From NCBI GenBank assembly GCA_040954595.2, contig CM082598.2:5223097-5287096 (forward strand): a DNA stretch of 64,000 bases, read 5' to 3'. Below, in pieces: positions 24,334-38,800 of this stretch. A program made the position numbers and the translations under genes. The first letter of the stretch is position 1. Each line of letters begins with the position of its first letter. The stretch is from Balanoglossus misakiensis. Lineage: Eukaryota; Animalia; Hemichordata. The notes under the pieces are model-generated. The model saw only the letters and a program-made list of their open reading frames with translations. It did no database searches and had not been told where the DNA came from.

Positions 24334-25395
24334 GTGTGGACATCCCCATATGCTGTATAATCTGAAAGTTGATTCAGACTCAGAAAAACAGGGTCAAGTT
24401 TGATGTAAACAGTTACCACGGTTTAATGATAGGTGGTTTGGAATTACCAGAAATCCGTTCCTGCGACACAAGTCGCAAATTCCGTTGACAATAGTTATGC
24501 TCCAAGATGTCCCGGATGTAGAGACGACAAGGACGTGTATTTGAACATTTTCTCACTTTGGCCGTGAAATGTAACCGCTCTACATTTCGACAGAGTAAAT
24601 TTTGAACAGAAGTTACTTCCCTGGTTCAGTTTTTGTCCAACTATATGCAGCAAAACGCTAAATTTCAGTCCGTTTCTGCTTTTTGCTGAAGTCCATGCAC
24701 GAAGTCCGAGTAACAGAGCTCCGCATACACGAGGTCGCACAGTTTGTTCCAAGCAGCAAATGGAGTCTCGGCGCAAATCACGTGGCCGAATACACAAAAA
24801 CCGATTCGCCCAAGCCCGCTGTCATCATCCAATCAAAACTTGTCACTGGCTATGGCCAGGCAATTAGCATATTCATACCCTGATTGAATTGGCCAATCAG
24901 AACAGGCCTTTCTTTCTGCACAGATGCAGAGTTCATGAGTGCGTTCTCATTCATTTGCTAAATACAACCAATCACCTTTCAGCAACTGAAACATTCCAGG
25001 ACCACTTTCACCATTCACAAGTAATTTTATATGCCAGTATTTGAGCTGAGACATTTCAGAAACGTTTCTATGGTCCTGTGTGATTGCTATAATAATCTTT
25101 TCCTACAATCTTAAGGAGAAGGGTCAACTCATTGCTGAGTTTCAATGTTACCAGTGAAGCCAAGTAAACAGTGTTTTGTTTCACAGAAGAAAAGTTATTT
25201 TATTCATATTTTACTCAGCATATTGAACAGGAAAACAGTTTAACCTTATAGTGGGGCAACTTTATGAATCCCTGTGGTATATAACAAGTAAAATTCAACA
25301 CCACTTAACAATTCTGCACTGATACACAAAGGGCATGAAATGGTTTTTATAATAAGAAAATAATTATCTCACCACTCGTTTGTGCAATGATTAAT

Positions 25396-25488
25396 TTAAC
25401 CCTTTCACCCCCAATTCCATCTGTAGAGGTCCAACCTTACCACAGAAAACAATATCTTTTGACTGAACCATGGTGATGAGAGGATTAA
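25396..25488 (+). mobile_element. Short MITE family E (~95 bp, TTAA-CCC termini; piggyBac-like); other copies ~32505-32597, 32871-32977, 34145-34238, 38159-38243, 39534-39612, 50170-50275
   Basis: TTAACCCTTTCACC...GGTGA(A/T)(A/G)GG(G/A)TTAA termini and a shared core GAAAACAATTGATTTGGA..AAACCA. Confidence 0.65.
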
Positions 25489-26505
25489 CACGGAAATGGA
25501 GACAATGCTAAATTATATTTTTCCCTCTTACCTTTCTTGTAAAACGACAACAATTCAAGATGCATTTGCTACATTATATATTCAAAACAAAACACAATAT
25601 GTAAATACCATTCACCCTTTGAACACAACTCGGAAGAAAACACTTCTGACTGACATCAAAGGTCATCAGGGGTCAGGGGCAAAGTGTTAACAATTCACAC
25701 TAAATTCAAGATGCAAATTCTGTAAGGTATAGCTTTTTTCGGGGGGGGGGGGGGGGTTAATGTAAAACATGAGGGATGGCTTTTGTAACTTGTTTGCTTT
25801 CTGATAATGCAAGTTTCACCACTTATTATTTTCTGAACGCTCTATCACAAAATCGTCCAACCACTGATTACTCTTTACGTAAGCAACAGTTTACAGGATA
25901 AATCCTGCAAAGTTAAAAGGGTCAAACAATCAATTGTTAAAATAATAAAGCACAACTTCATTTCATATAACGAGTACCAGTTACAAATGGAAATGGCTGG
26001 TTTAGCTATACATGGTGCTTTAAACTTCAAAGAGGTTGCATATTACAGCAGACAAAATCCATTCTTTGTATTTAAAAAAGCCTGGTCTCATATATCTCTT
26101 CCCTTAAGAAAAAAAATCTACATGCCTTAATGATAATGAAAAGATAGAATTATATCTCTTAGCTTTCTAAAACAGAGTGGTGGCAGCCACAACTATATTC
26201 AGTAGAGGGTACAACTGCTTTGCTATTACACAAAGCTAACATTGCACTGTTTTGCATTGATATTTCCAGCTCGAAAACTGGCACTGTGATTAACAGTAGG
26301 TACATGTACCGTAGGATCCAAGTTATACCTGTTATTTCAGAAAATGTGTCATAAAAATTGTTAGCAGCTACTTGTATAACACATGTACTATTTTGATTTT
26401 TTTACTCAAAATCAAATCGAAGGAGATGAAAGTGCTGCAGGAAATGTGAATAAATACATTTGTTAATATAAACATCTGTCAGATGCAACTACTATACAAA
26501 CCAGT

Positions 26506-26641
26506 TATGTATGTATGTATGTATGTATGTATGTATGTATGTATGTATGTATGTATGTATGTATGTATGTATGTATGTATGTATGTACGTACGTACGTAC
26601 ATATGTATGAATGTATGTATGTATGTATGCATGTATGTATG
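26506..26641. repeat. (TATG)n microsatellite, probably in the CPT1 3' UTR
   Basis: Directly visible, ~250 nt past the CPT1 stop. Confidence 0.9.
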
Positions 26642-26884
26642 CCAATACTACCCAAAGGGAGATTTAAATAAATTCTGAAAGTTATACATTCTTGCTTTAA
26701 AAAGGTCACAATAAAACCATCTAATCCGATCCTGAGCACAAAACCCTAAATTATTTTGAAATACTGCCTGAATACAAACCAAGGGTAAAGCAGTACGTTT
26801 GGAAGTACACGCGATTTACAATGTACATGTGCATACATCTTCCAACAGAAACTTGTGCAATGATGATTGAACTTCTTGCAACAA

Positions 26885-29800
26885 CTACTTTGCTTCTTCG
26901 AATATGCTTCTCAGGTTGGACAGGGCTCGTGTGATGTGTTCACCAAAGCGCTTTGAATCCTGTGTGAAAGTAAAACATTACACTAATTACCCATTCTTTT
27001 TTCATACATCCAATTTCTGTTATGTTGTTTAAAGGGACAAAGTCTCTCTCATGCTGCCCTTGTTCCATAAATGTTGTTTGATAGACACTGTTTATGTTAT
27101 TGTACATATGGATATATAGTGAATCAATGTTCAACCACACACATCTTCCACCCTGTTTGTAGGATATGAGAGTAAAAATCGCGCCACAATGAATAAAAGG
27201 TAAACACCGATTATTCATTTTGGTGAGTTTTTCACTCTCGTGTCTTCAAGCGGGATGGAAGTTGTATGTGGTTGAACGTTGATTCACTACATGTATATAT
27301 CCACATGTAGAATAACACATAGGCCTAAACAGTGTCTTGTATCAAACATAATTAATGGAAAAAGAGCAGTGAGAGAGAGACTTTATCCCTTTAAGTAACA
27401 AGTGGAAATTACACTAAATCTTGCAATGATCACAAACCTTCAGGTAGCAACAATATGTGTCAATAACACAATTTAATTCATTACCAGTCTGATGGGAAAA
27501 AAATGTATGACAAAAACACAAGGTCACAAAACTTACTGTTTTTGGTGACGACTTGTTGCTGGATACATGGAAAAATATATGGTCCTCGCCCGCAATGATG
27601 TAAGATACACCATAGCCATCAGCAGCAACCTAAAAGGAAAATTGAAATTGATTCCGTCAAGGCCAAATGTGCCTGGCATTTTTCAGTGATATACCTGAGG
27701 TTTCCCCAGTCATTTCACAACACAGGGTACTGCTTGGTATATGTGCAGTGAAACCTGTCATTACAAACACCTCTCAAATCAGGACACATCTCTATTAAGG
27801 ACAGATTTTTCAAGACAAAAGTCACAGTTTGAATAGAATATCACCTGTCTATTAAGGACACCTTTTTATTAAGGACATATTTTCTGGTCTCAGAGGTGCC
27901 CTTAATAAACATATTTCACTGCATATCAATGCAACAGATTTAATAGGTAGTAGAAGTGTCACAGGTTTTCCCAAATCATTTACAAATCTCTCCCAACCCC
28001 CAATAGCAAAAATACTTACTGGTCCAAATCCACCCCCGGCTGTTATGTAGTCAGTGTGCTTCTTCAGATCCCACTTGTCTGTCTGTTGATACGGTGTCTG
28101 ACTTGTAGATAGTCTCCATGGCTCACTTAACACCTAAGCACAATAAATTATAAGATGGCATAAATTAGGCACAAATCTATATATCAATTACTGTAAAACA
28201 TGTTATTTGCGCGAGCAATAAATTTTCGCGAAATACGCGAGAGCCAAAATAGCGTGAAAATAAATAGTCGCGTAATTTTATTTGAAGATATCGATGCAGT
28301 GAAAGAAATAAGAGAAAGCGAAAATTAATACTCGCGAAACAGTGGCCTCTCTCGATATCGCGAAAATTTCAACTCGCAAAAAATAGTGTGTTTTACAGTA
28401 CGTAAGTGGGATGGAAGTTGTGTGTGGTTAAACGTTGATTCACTATATATCCACATGTAGAATAACATAAACGTTGTATTGTATCAAACATAATTGATGG
28501 AGAAAGGGCAGCGAGAGAGAGACTTTGTCATTTAAACAGCTAGGATAAGGCCTTCATCACTGAATGGCTGTGGTTGGCATTATATGGGTCATTTAAATAC
28601 AGTGATGGACTTTTCTAACTTGTAACTTGTATAAGACCTTTTCTGCTGGGAAAGTTGCTACATCGAAAATTTTGAACCTGGATTTGAACTTGCAGTAAAA
28701 GATGTCAAGTGGGGTTTTGGTGAGTGGATTAGGCCGTCATCACAGAACAGCTGTGTTTGGCCGTCGGGCTTTCAAGATAGATGCTTTTTCTTGAGTGTCT
28801 ATGCTTTGAGTCGCTCAGAAAAGCCTTCTGCACTTGACAGCTGAACTTGAGAGTTGTTACATTGCAATTGTCGATCCAAAACAAAAATGAAGAGATTGCT
28901 TCCTCTGATGAGTACATTGTAAGGGGAGAACCATATGATTTTCAGGGGGGGGGGGATTTGGCTATGTCAGCATTTTTTTTACTGCCAGTCCACCTTTTTC
29001 CCTCAATGCTTTACAGAAACAATTTCTTTTCCCTCTTCACCATCTGCCAACAATGTTTTCCCTAAACGTTCTCCAACCACCCCCCCCCCCCACAAATCAA
29101 ATGGTCCTTCCCTTAGATTAGAAGATGCACACGACAACAATTTCCAATTAAAGTGCAGTCGGTGGAAAAGCAAGGACAGATTATCGCATCCACAGTTGGA
29201 TGAATCAATCTGATATATAAGTGGATAAGCGACGATGGGATTTCTGTAGCCACGATGTGAATGGTCACTTTGCAGACACTGCTTGCCATGGGACTGGAGT
29301 GCAGCAATGGTAAAAATGCTCCATGCTTATGCTGTGAAATCAAATCTAGGTTTGATCAAAGTAAAAATTAGCCATTTTCTGATATACCACAAATTGAAAA
29401 AAATCGCATCAAGGACACGGTGGTCCCATTGAGGGATTACACAAGAAAAAGTCTACACCGGAGTACATGGCCATATACAGACAGACAGACAGACAGACAG
29501 ACACACATAGAGAGAGAGATCAATGGGCAAACACTGACTGACCCATAAGCTGCCAATGGCATATGTACTGTACATACACTAAATAGAACAGCTGGCCTCT
29601 TTAAAACTTAGCCAGTTATGTAATCATTCAGGAATTTGCTGTGTTTATATGAAACACAGGAGGGAGTTCCTGCCTAATTAAAACAACTCAATAAAATAAA
29701 TACACACCACTTTGCAAAGCAATCTGACCAGTAGTTCTTGAGTTACTGAGTTTTGACCAAATTCACATTTTTCCAGCTAATTTGCATATTTTTGGCAATG

Positions 29801-32800
29801 ACAACTTCATTTGAACAAAGTCCCATCTACAGCCCAGCCTGCATTTACACACCAAATATCAAGGTTATACGCGCAGCGGTTTTCAAGTTTTGATGTGGAC
29901 GGACATACGTACAGACATACATCCATCCATACATACAGACGCAACCGATCCCATAAGGTCCCATGGTATATACCAAATGGGACCTAAAAACTTACTTCTT
30001 GGAGGAACGGCGACTCCACTTCAAGATACTTCGACACTACGTACAAACAGAACAGATGCCTGTCTATTCCTTTCCCAGTCATGGCATCGCGATATCCCTT
30101 CACGTGAACCTCACATGCCTTCCTTAGCAGTTCTTTTCTGTCTTCGTTCTGAGAAAACACAAAAGTTTGTTCTTTTTTTGTACAGTACTAAGTTAATAAA
30201 ATACTATGGACACGTCTTTACTGAAGACTGATAAAGGTATGTCCACCTAAGTGAAACTGTATGTACACACAAAATGTACAATTCAAATAATTTTGAGCCA
30301 GCCTGTGCAACACATGTATGCTTTCCTGAACTTTTCTCAATTGTCAGTAATATGATTTTAAAATGGGTCCATTAATCATTGTCATTTGAGTTAAAGGTAT
30401 ACGGTCACCTATGGAAAATTAGCCACAGTTACCATGGCAAATTGAGATCTAGCCAATCACAGATTTTCAGTGGGTGGCACACGCGAGAAAAAGAGCGCCA
30501 CCATATGTTCTTTAGAACGCTCAAATACGCCATTTCATATATGAGTGTATGTAAATTGGAGGTGACTGTATACCTTTCAATAAATACAAAAATGGCAATG
30601 TCAATATGACTTTCTTGAATTACTGTTACGTGATGGTACCAGGCGACCACAATGGGCTAATCGCTCTCACCGTTTTCTCAGGGTCGTCCATGGCTCGAAC
30701 AAACTCGCACGACTCCACTGTACACGGCCTCACAGTCTCTGTGCGTCCTTCACGGTACACACGCGTCATTGATGCCTCGTAGGTCAGGTTGAACTTGCCG
30801 GCATCCTGCAAATCCCAAAGGTGAACGACTTGAGAATTTAATTTCCATGTATTAGTGTTTCGTGACTTGTTTAATCTAAACTGCTGGAGGGCAACTCGTG
30901 CTTTGAGACTTAGCTGACGCCCACTCAGAATATTTCCTTTGACCTTTGTGGCACCTGGAGGCTTTGTACATGTAATATCACGATCGATCTTTAAATCAAC
31001 ATATGGCTACACTGACAAAAGTTTCCTTGAGAAATTGCAAACACCATTCCACCCTATATCCTCCTCCAGCAGTACATACATACATTATACATCCATCCAT
31101 CCAACCATCCATCCATACATACATAGATACATAAAAACATACAATCCAATGTGTACATATGGGTCAAAGTGCAACATGCCTTGGGGAATGGAGAGTTTTT
31201 GGAAGAATCCCTTGGGTAGTCAGACACACATTATACCATTGCCCTAATGGCTAGTCAATACATGTGTACAGTCAAACCTGCGTTAGTAACCACCTCTATA
31301 CAGTGGCCACTTTGTTACAGTCCCTGCGCAATTTACATGCACATTAATTGACATGTCTATAAAGGCCACCTGTCTATAAAGGCCAGTTTAGGAAAGTACC
31401 TTGACTGGCCACTATACACAGGTTTGACTGTACAAATTATAATGTTAACTTACCCTGAAATAAGCCAACTGCATTGCCATTTGAATGAAGGCATCAGGGC
31501 TGACTTTACATCTTTTGGCAACTCCCTTCCCAAACGCATCATGCACAACAAGGTGAAGATCAACTTCGTCACGAAGTTTTATTGCGGTTGCCAAGCTCGA
31601 CTCGATCACTTTCTGACACTGGCAAAAACAAAAGGGTAGAATTTGTAATCAGTCGGGGGCGCTATAAATCAAAATTATGCCATTTTCTGTGTAAATTGTT
31701 GCCATGTCAATTAGATTGTGTTCATAAGCTGGATACTGAGCATTTCACTAGCTTCAGGGATATGAACAAGAAACTGCAGTAGATACACAAAACAAAAGGA
31801 ATGAAAACATAGCGAAAAGTTACAGCTAATAGAACTTTAAAGGGACAAAGTCTCTCTCTTGCTACCCCTTTTCCATTAATTATGTTTGATACAAGACACT
31901 GTTTATGTTATTCTACATGTGGATATATAGTGAATCAATGACGTTCAACCACAAACAACTTCCTTCCCACTTGTATGATATGAGAGTAAAAACTCACCCA
32001 AAATGAATAAATGGTAAAGAACGATTATTCATTTTGGCGATTTTTTTCACTCTCCTGTCTATAAGAGGGATGGAAGTTGTGTGTGATGGAACGTTGATTC
32101 ACTATATATCCACATGTAGAATAACAAACGGTGTCTTGTATCAAATATAATTAATGGAAAAAAGGGCAGAGAGAGAGAGACTTTGTCCCTTTAAGGTAGC
32201 TTGTGAGATTCACAAAAATTCTGCAAAATAATTTTTTTAAAAACATACATTTTTTTTTCATTCAAAATTTTTACCTGGAATAGTCAAAAGAGGGCGATAT
32301 AACACTCACCTCGTCTTCAATGGCCCACTGTAATCTTTGTGGGGGCGCTAGTTTCTTGTCACTCTCTCCTTTGCAGTGACCATTCTCTCGGTAGCCAAAG
32401 TGCAACAAATCCTCCGCCATGGAGTATTCCCAGACGTGAGCAGAGATGGGCGCATCAGCCCTGGAAAGTCAAAAAGTAGGTGTGAGGGTTCCAAATCTAT
32501 ATTCTTAAAACTTTCACCCCCATCTCCCACTGTAGATGTCCAACAAATTATAGAAAACAATTGATTTGGACGAAACCATTGTGGTGAAAGGGTTGAACAC
32601 ACATCAGATGTGCATCAGCCCTGGAAAGTAAAAAAGTATGTGTGAGGGGCTTCCAGTGGTATGTTGCGCTGTGTGAGTGTCCCCTTTGACGAGAATATGT
32701 CCTCCCATTCCAGCGCAAACCTCACTGCAGTCGCCATGACCTACTAGAATCTTCAGTTGCTGTCATACCCAGTCTAAGCTACGGTTGGCTGCTTCGTTCA

Positions 32801-35800
32801 TTATAAGAATTATCTAATTTCAGGGATTTGTGGATGAATTGTAATGTTTGTAAACACACCAACGCGGCGCAACGACCCCTCCACCCCAACACTCTTGCCC
32901 CAATCTCCCCCTGTTGATGTCCAAACAATTATAGAAAACAATTGATTTGGACGAAACCATTGTGGTTTGAGGGTTGAACACATCAGCATAAAACTCAACC
33001 CAGTTTTATACAGTCACTTCAATAACTAGCACAAGTTGAATTTTGTGTTGCGATTTGCTGTTAGAAATCGAAGAAGCCACCTCTGAAGTAATAACACAAC
33101 TAAGGAAACAGTTGGTGTTATACAGAATTTTGTTATTTGTAACATTTTAGCAGAAACAGTTCATCACTTTACAATCGGTCTTTTTCAACCTGTTGCAAAC
33201 AGTCAAACTCAACACAATTTAAGTTTTGAGTACACAAGCACATGTACTTGTACAAAAGGTAGGTCCACCACACTCACACTCTCTCGTTCGTGGATTTCTC
33301 CCTCGACACTCACCAAGCGTGTTCAGCATTGAAACCAATCTTGCCATTCTTGAAGATGACCAAGGTGATGGTTTTGTCGAACCACCGATTACAACCGTTG
33401 CCCGTCAGCAGCGACTTGGCGAAGTGATCCAGCTTGGTGCAGTCGTTCTGTGAGGGTGGGGAGGGGAGGGAGGGGAAGGGAGGAGAGGGGAGAGACAGAG
33501 AGAGACACAGAACGAGATAACAGGGAGAGAGATGGGAACATTTGACTGTATGCCCTATGACTGGCTGTCACAATTCAACTAATACATTACTGATCAGAAC
33601 ATAGTTTCCAATTTGGTCAGTTCGCTAGAATTTTACTTAAAAAAACAGCGAAGTGGAAAAAAATACCAGCTGTGCATAAAAAGGCATACCACTTTTTTTC
33701 TAGACATTGTACACATATTCCAAAGAAAATAACCTCCCTCAACCTGCACATTATTCTTACCCTGTCATAGCTTGGTTCGTCATCATCTAGTGTAACAAAC
33801 AAAGCCGCCTTTTCAACTGTATCAAGTGAGGTCTTGTTCACACCACTACGGAAGAACCTCTCTCTGGCTTGTGCCCATGGTACTCTGAAAATAAATTCAC
33901 CCACAAAATATTAGTTAAAGGGAAGCGGTCGTCGCGCCACGTGGGTGTCTCCTTGATGAGAGTATGTCCTCCCATACCAGCATAAACCCCACTGCAGTCG
34001 CCAAGACCTTCAGCTGCTGTCATGCTCAGTCTTTGCTAAGGTTGGCTGCTTCGTTAATTCTAAGAATTATCTTATTTCAGGGGTTTGTGCACAATAGCCC
34101 AAGTTAGCTGGTAGATGCCGGAAAGACTCTGAATTCACTCACTGTTACACCCCCACCCCCCATTTCCATGTATAGCGATCCAGCACTGCCATTGAGTACA
34201 ATGGTGTTGGATCAAACTATTGTTGTGAAAGGGTTCAAACATACCTGTCTCCTGCAGTCAGTGCGGCTAACTTCTCCTCTCCAGGAAGCGGTTCAGATTC
34301 ATCATTAATGATCTTCTCAAATTGTCTGCAAAAGCAAGTTTTTATTCAACTCAATATTTGCCTCACATTAAAGGTATACAGTCACCTCCAATATACATGT
34401 GCCCATATATGGCTGAAATGGCGTATTTGAGCGTTCTAAAGAACATATGGTAGCGCTCTTTTTTTCGCATGTGCCACCCACTGAAAATCTGTGATTGGCT
34501 AGATCTCAATTTGCCATGGTAACTATAGCTATTTTTCCATTGGTGACCATATACCTTTAAGCAGTGGGGGAATATTGTCATCCATCTGAAGGAGACAAAA
34601 TTAATATTTTGTTATACCATGATACTTAAAATAAATGAGCTCTAGAGATTTTCATGGAGTGGCCACGCGATAAAAAGTGCACTGATAATTATTCATTCAA
34701 AGACTTAGATAATTAGAATTAGAATAACTTCATTGTCTATACATATGGAAAATCGTCTTTTTAACCGTACATGGGCCTATGCAACGTACAGATGATTGTA
34801 CATGTAATCACCCGCTGATCTCATCAATGTTATTAGAATCAACGTACTTCTCAAGTTCGCAGGGTTTCAGCAGCTGGTTGCTGTCCTGGTGCTGGATCTG
34901 CACTTTGAAGTAACGCCCCTGGTGGTAGACCACAATGTGCTTGCTGGTCTTCACGTGGACGATCTTGTCCGTCTCCAGGCCGGGAATGCGAGTCGTGTTG
35001 AACGTGCGTTCGTACTGCCACGAACACAGCGGCACGAACTTGTTCAAAGTAAGCTGACGAGAGAAAAAAAACACATTGGGTGTAAAAAGGTTAATTAAAG
35101 AGACAAAGTCTCTCTCCCTTGCTGCCCTTTTCCCATTAATTATGTTCGATACAAGACACCGTTTATATTAATGTACATGTGGATATATAGTGAATCAACT
35201 TTCAACCACACACCTTCCATCCTGCTTGTAGACACGAGAGTGAAAAAACTCTCCAAAATGAATAATCAGTCTCTACCATTTATTCATTTTCAGCGAGTTT
35301 TTACTCTCATATCATACAAGTGGGATGGAAGCTGTGTGTGGTTGAACGTTCATTCACTACATATATATGATATACATGTGTACAGGTGTATCAAACATAA
35401 TTAATGGAAAAAGGGCAGCGAGAGAGAGACTTTGGCACTGTTAGGGTTAAAAACTGTCTGCATTTTTTGAGCTGTTTACCAATTTGTAAATTGCCTTTTT
35501 ATGGCTATAATTAGCACAGGTTGAATGTCCCAGACTACTCTTATAATCGAAACAACCAAAGTTTCCAAATATTTGAGAATGACTTTCAAGTCAGATATCC
35601 AGTTTCAATGGAATATTCCGGGAAATGAAACAAAATACTCAATACGTAGAAATAACAAAATCAGAGAAAGCTTACCGGTTTAAGCTGTTGCCTGTCCAAC
35701 TTCTGCCTGAAGCTCAACATTGCATAAATAATATTTCCAGCTCTAGCTGCCTGGATGTGCGTTGGCTTTGTGAAAATTGCATCCTAAAAAAAATAAAATA

Positions 35801-38800
35801 AAAAGAGTTTAGAGTCATCTGGTACAGATCATCACAAAATTCAAAATATGGTAAAATGGTACACTCCTACACGACCTTACATCCTTCAGTTGGTATGAAC
35901 CCATCAGGTTGACTAAAACGTCTTACAAAAATTGTACAATTGCAGCTGTAGTCAATAAGTTATGCATAATTGAAAAATTACAAAAAGACTCTTTTCCAAG
36001 GAACATTTTACATGTTTCTTCTCCTAAAATGTTGTATTTTGACAACCCCATACCAACAGAAGTACACCATTATAAGATCATATCGCGGTCATGAAAGTTG
36101 GTCTATTGGAAAAAGGTAGATAGCTGTGGACTGAAGCTTAGTCCAAGTATTCCTGATTTTGAGTTACAAATTACACACAGTTCGTCACCTATGGCAATTT
36201 AGCTACAGTTACCATGGCAAATTGATACCTATAGCCAATCACAGATTTTCAGTGGGTGGCACATGTGAAAAAAAGAGCGCCACCAGATGTTCTTTAGAAC
36301 ACTCAGATATGCCATTTTTGCTGGGCGTATGTAAATTAGAGGTGACTGTGTTCCTTTAACTTACCACGCCGTAAAAGTTGCTGTTGACCATGATGGGAGA
36401 GCGCCCTCGCAGGTAGACGTACTCCTCCCACCAGTCGGCGACGTAATTGGATGATGTCAGCCACTTCAAGTAGAGGTACCTCTGCAGCTTGACTCCGATG
36501 CCTTGCTGAAACTCTGCAACGAGGCCCTCCATTCTATTGTACTGTTCGTCATCCATCAGCCCTCGCACTGATCTCAGGTACTGGAAGGAAAGTGTGGTTT
36601 AATTACTATAAAACACTTTATTTTCGCAAGCAATTAATTTCCGCCAAATACGTGAGAGCCAAAATAGCTAGAAAATAAAAAAGTTGCGTAAATTGTTTTT
36701 GAAGATAACGATGCAGTGAATGAAATAAGAGAACGCGAAAATTTAATACTCGCGAAACAGTGGCCTCTCTCGATATTGCGAAAAATTTAACTCACGAAAA
36801 TAAAGTGTTTTACAGTATAAGAACATGCATGACTGTAGACTGGTAGAATCAGTCATGTGCTAGTGGTTTGACGTTTATCAGCAACAGAGAACTCAGTAAT
36901 GTTACCACTGTCTAGTCTTGCAGTATTGAGTATTTTCAAATTCTAATTCAAACCCCTCCTACACAGGCCCAGATCATAACACAGTCAAACCTCTCTATAG
37001 TGGCCAGTCAAGGGACTTTCCTAAACTGGCCTTTATAGAGAGGTGACCTTTTCATAGAGGTTAATTAACACACATGTGAATCGCACAGGGACTGTAACAA
37101 AGTGGCCACTATATAGAGTTGACCGCTATATAGGGGTGGCCACTAACAGGGGTTTGACTGCAGTGTGACACTAGGGATAACAATTCAGCCAACTTTGCAG
37201 TCTTCACTTACTTTTGTCATAGTATCCTGCAGTTTGGGTAAGGGTAAGTTTGGCAATGCACTTTGGTAGCTGTACAGCATTGGCGTCTTGGAGCAGAGCA
37301 ATGCCAGCATTCCCTGGAAAGAGAGATGTAAAGAGAAATCAATAATTGATCATTTTGTGAGGCCTGTATGTTCATTGGTGGAATATCCACCACTGAAGTC
37401 AGGAACAGCCAATCACATTCATCGACCCCTGCACGACTTGAAATGCTGAATGTTCATTGGTGTAATATCCACCACTCCTGTCAAACACAGAGAATCACAT
37501 GCACATTCAGTGAATTCTGAATAACTCTATTTTTCCTAGTTTGAGACTTAGGGTGTTGAACCCTAATGCTATTTGGTGTCATATCAGTTTAGAGTCTCAA
37601 GTCCCTTAAAATACGTATTTGCCACTTTTTCTTCTAAAACATATTTTGACTGTCTTGACATAGTTCTCATACGTACTTAGACACACTTGGCAGTCTGAGC
37701 CCCCCCAAAAATGGACCAAATTACACTGGTTTGTACTGATTTGGTTTGAGGGTCTTTGAGGGTCCTGAATAACACACACTTGGCAGTCTAACGGGCCTGG
37801 GAGCCAGGATTCTAGGCACCCTGGAAATCAAACCAGTTTTAACTGACTTGGCAGCGTTAGGGTTTGCACTGTATTGGTCAGAGGGTCTTGTATAGGCCCT
37901 ACTGATTAACACGCACTTGGCAGCCTAACGGGCCTGGGAGCCCGGATTCTAGGCACCCTGGAAATCACACCAGTTTCAACTGACGTGGCAGTGTTAGGGT
38001 TCACATGAAAAATTTGGAATAGCATGGCACAGATTCCAGCTCTAGCAACCCCTTTAAGATAGAAATCCGCTCCTACAAATTTGCTTGTTCATGTTATGGC
38101 AGATTGGCCTAAGCACTCTGAATGGTACACCACATATACTAGAAGGGACTGTGCACAATTAACCCCCATTTCCCTGTATGCAAGTCCAACTTTACCATTG
38201 AAAACAATTGATTTGGATCAAACCACGGCGGTGAACGGGGTAAAAAACCACATACCGTTTGAAGTTTGCTCTTAATGGACATCTTTCCCCTGGGTTCGTA
38301 GATCCACGCATGGTAGTAGAGGATGTTCTTCATTGTCATTCTCAGAATAAAAATGACGGCCAGCCATAAGAGGGTAGAGAAGATGACTGCAGCGATGTAC
38401 GTATCTGCTGGGGGATCGAAATAGCCTCTGTAAAGGGTAAAGAGAGAGAGAGAAAGAGAAAGAGCATTATTCACACTTGGCTTATCATTGACACTACCCT
38501 ATATGTTCCTACACAGAACGTCTTTCAATTTTCCACAATTTTTCAGGATTTTTTAAATTTAAGGTCCAAAATGCTATTTTCCACGAAAATGATATTTCGT
38601 AAAATCTCTTCACAATCATCCCCATTTCAGTACAATCGCAATATAAGTGGTCAAAAATCAATTTCTCCAGCACTGCTTCTAAGATAACCATGACACACAA
38701 CACTTGATTGGGCATGTTCCTATGGTTTCGAATTCCAGGACTTTTGAAAATTTTCCAGGGACATACCGTAAAACACCTATTTTCACAAGTTGAAATTTTC

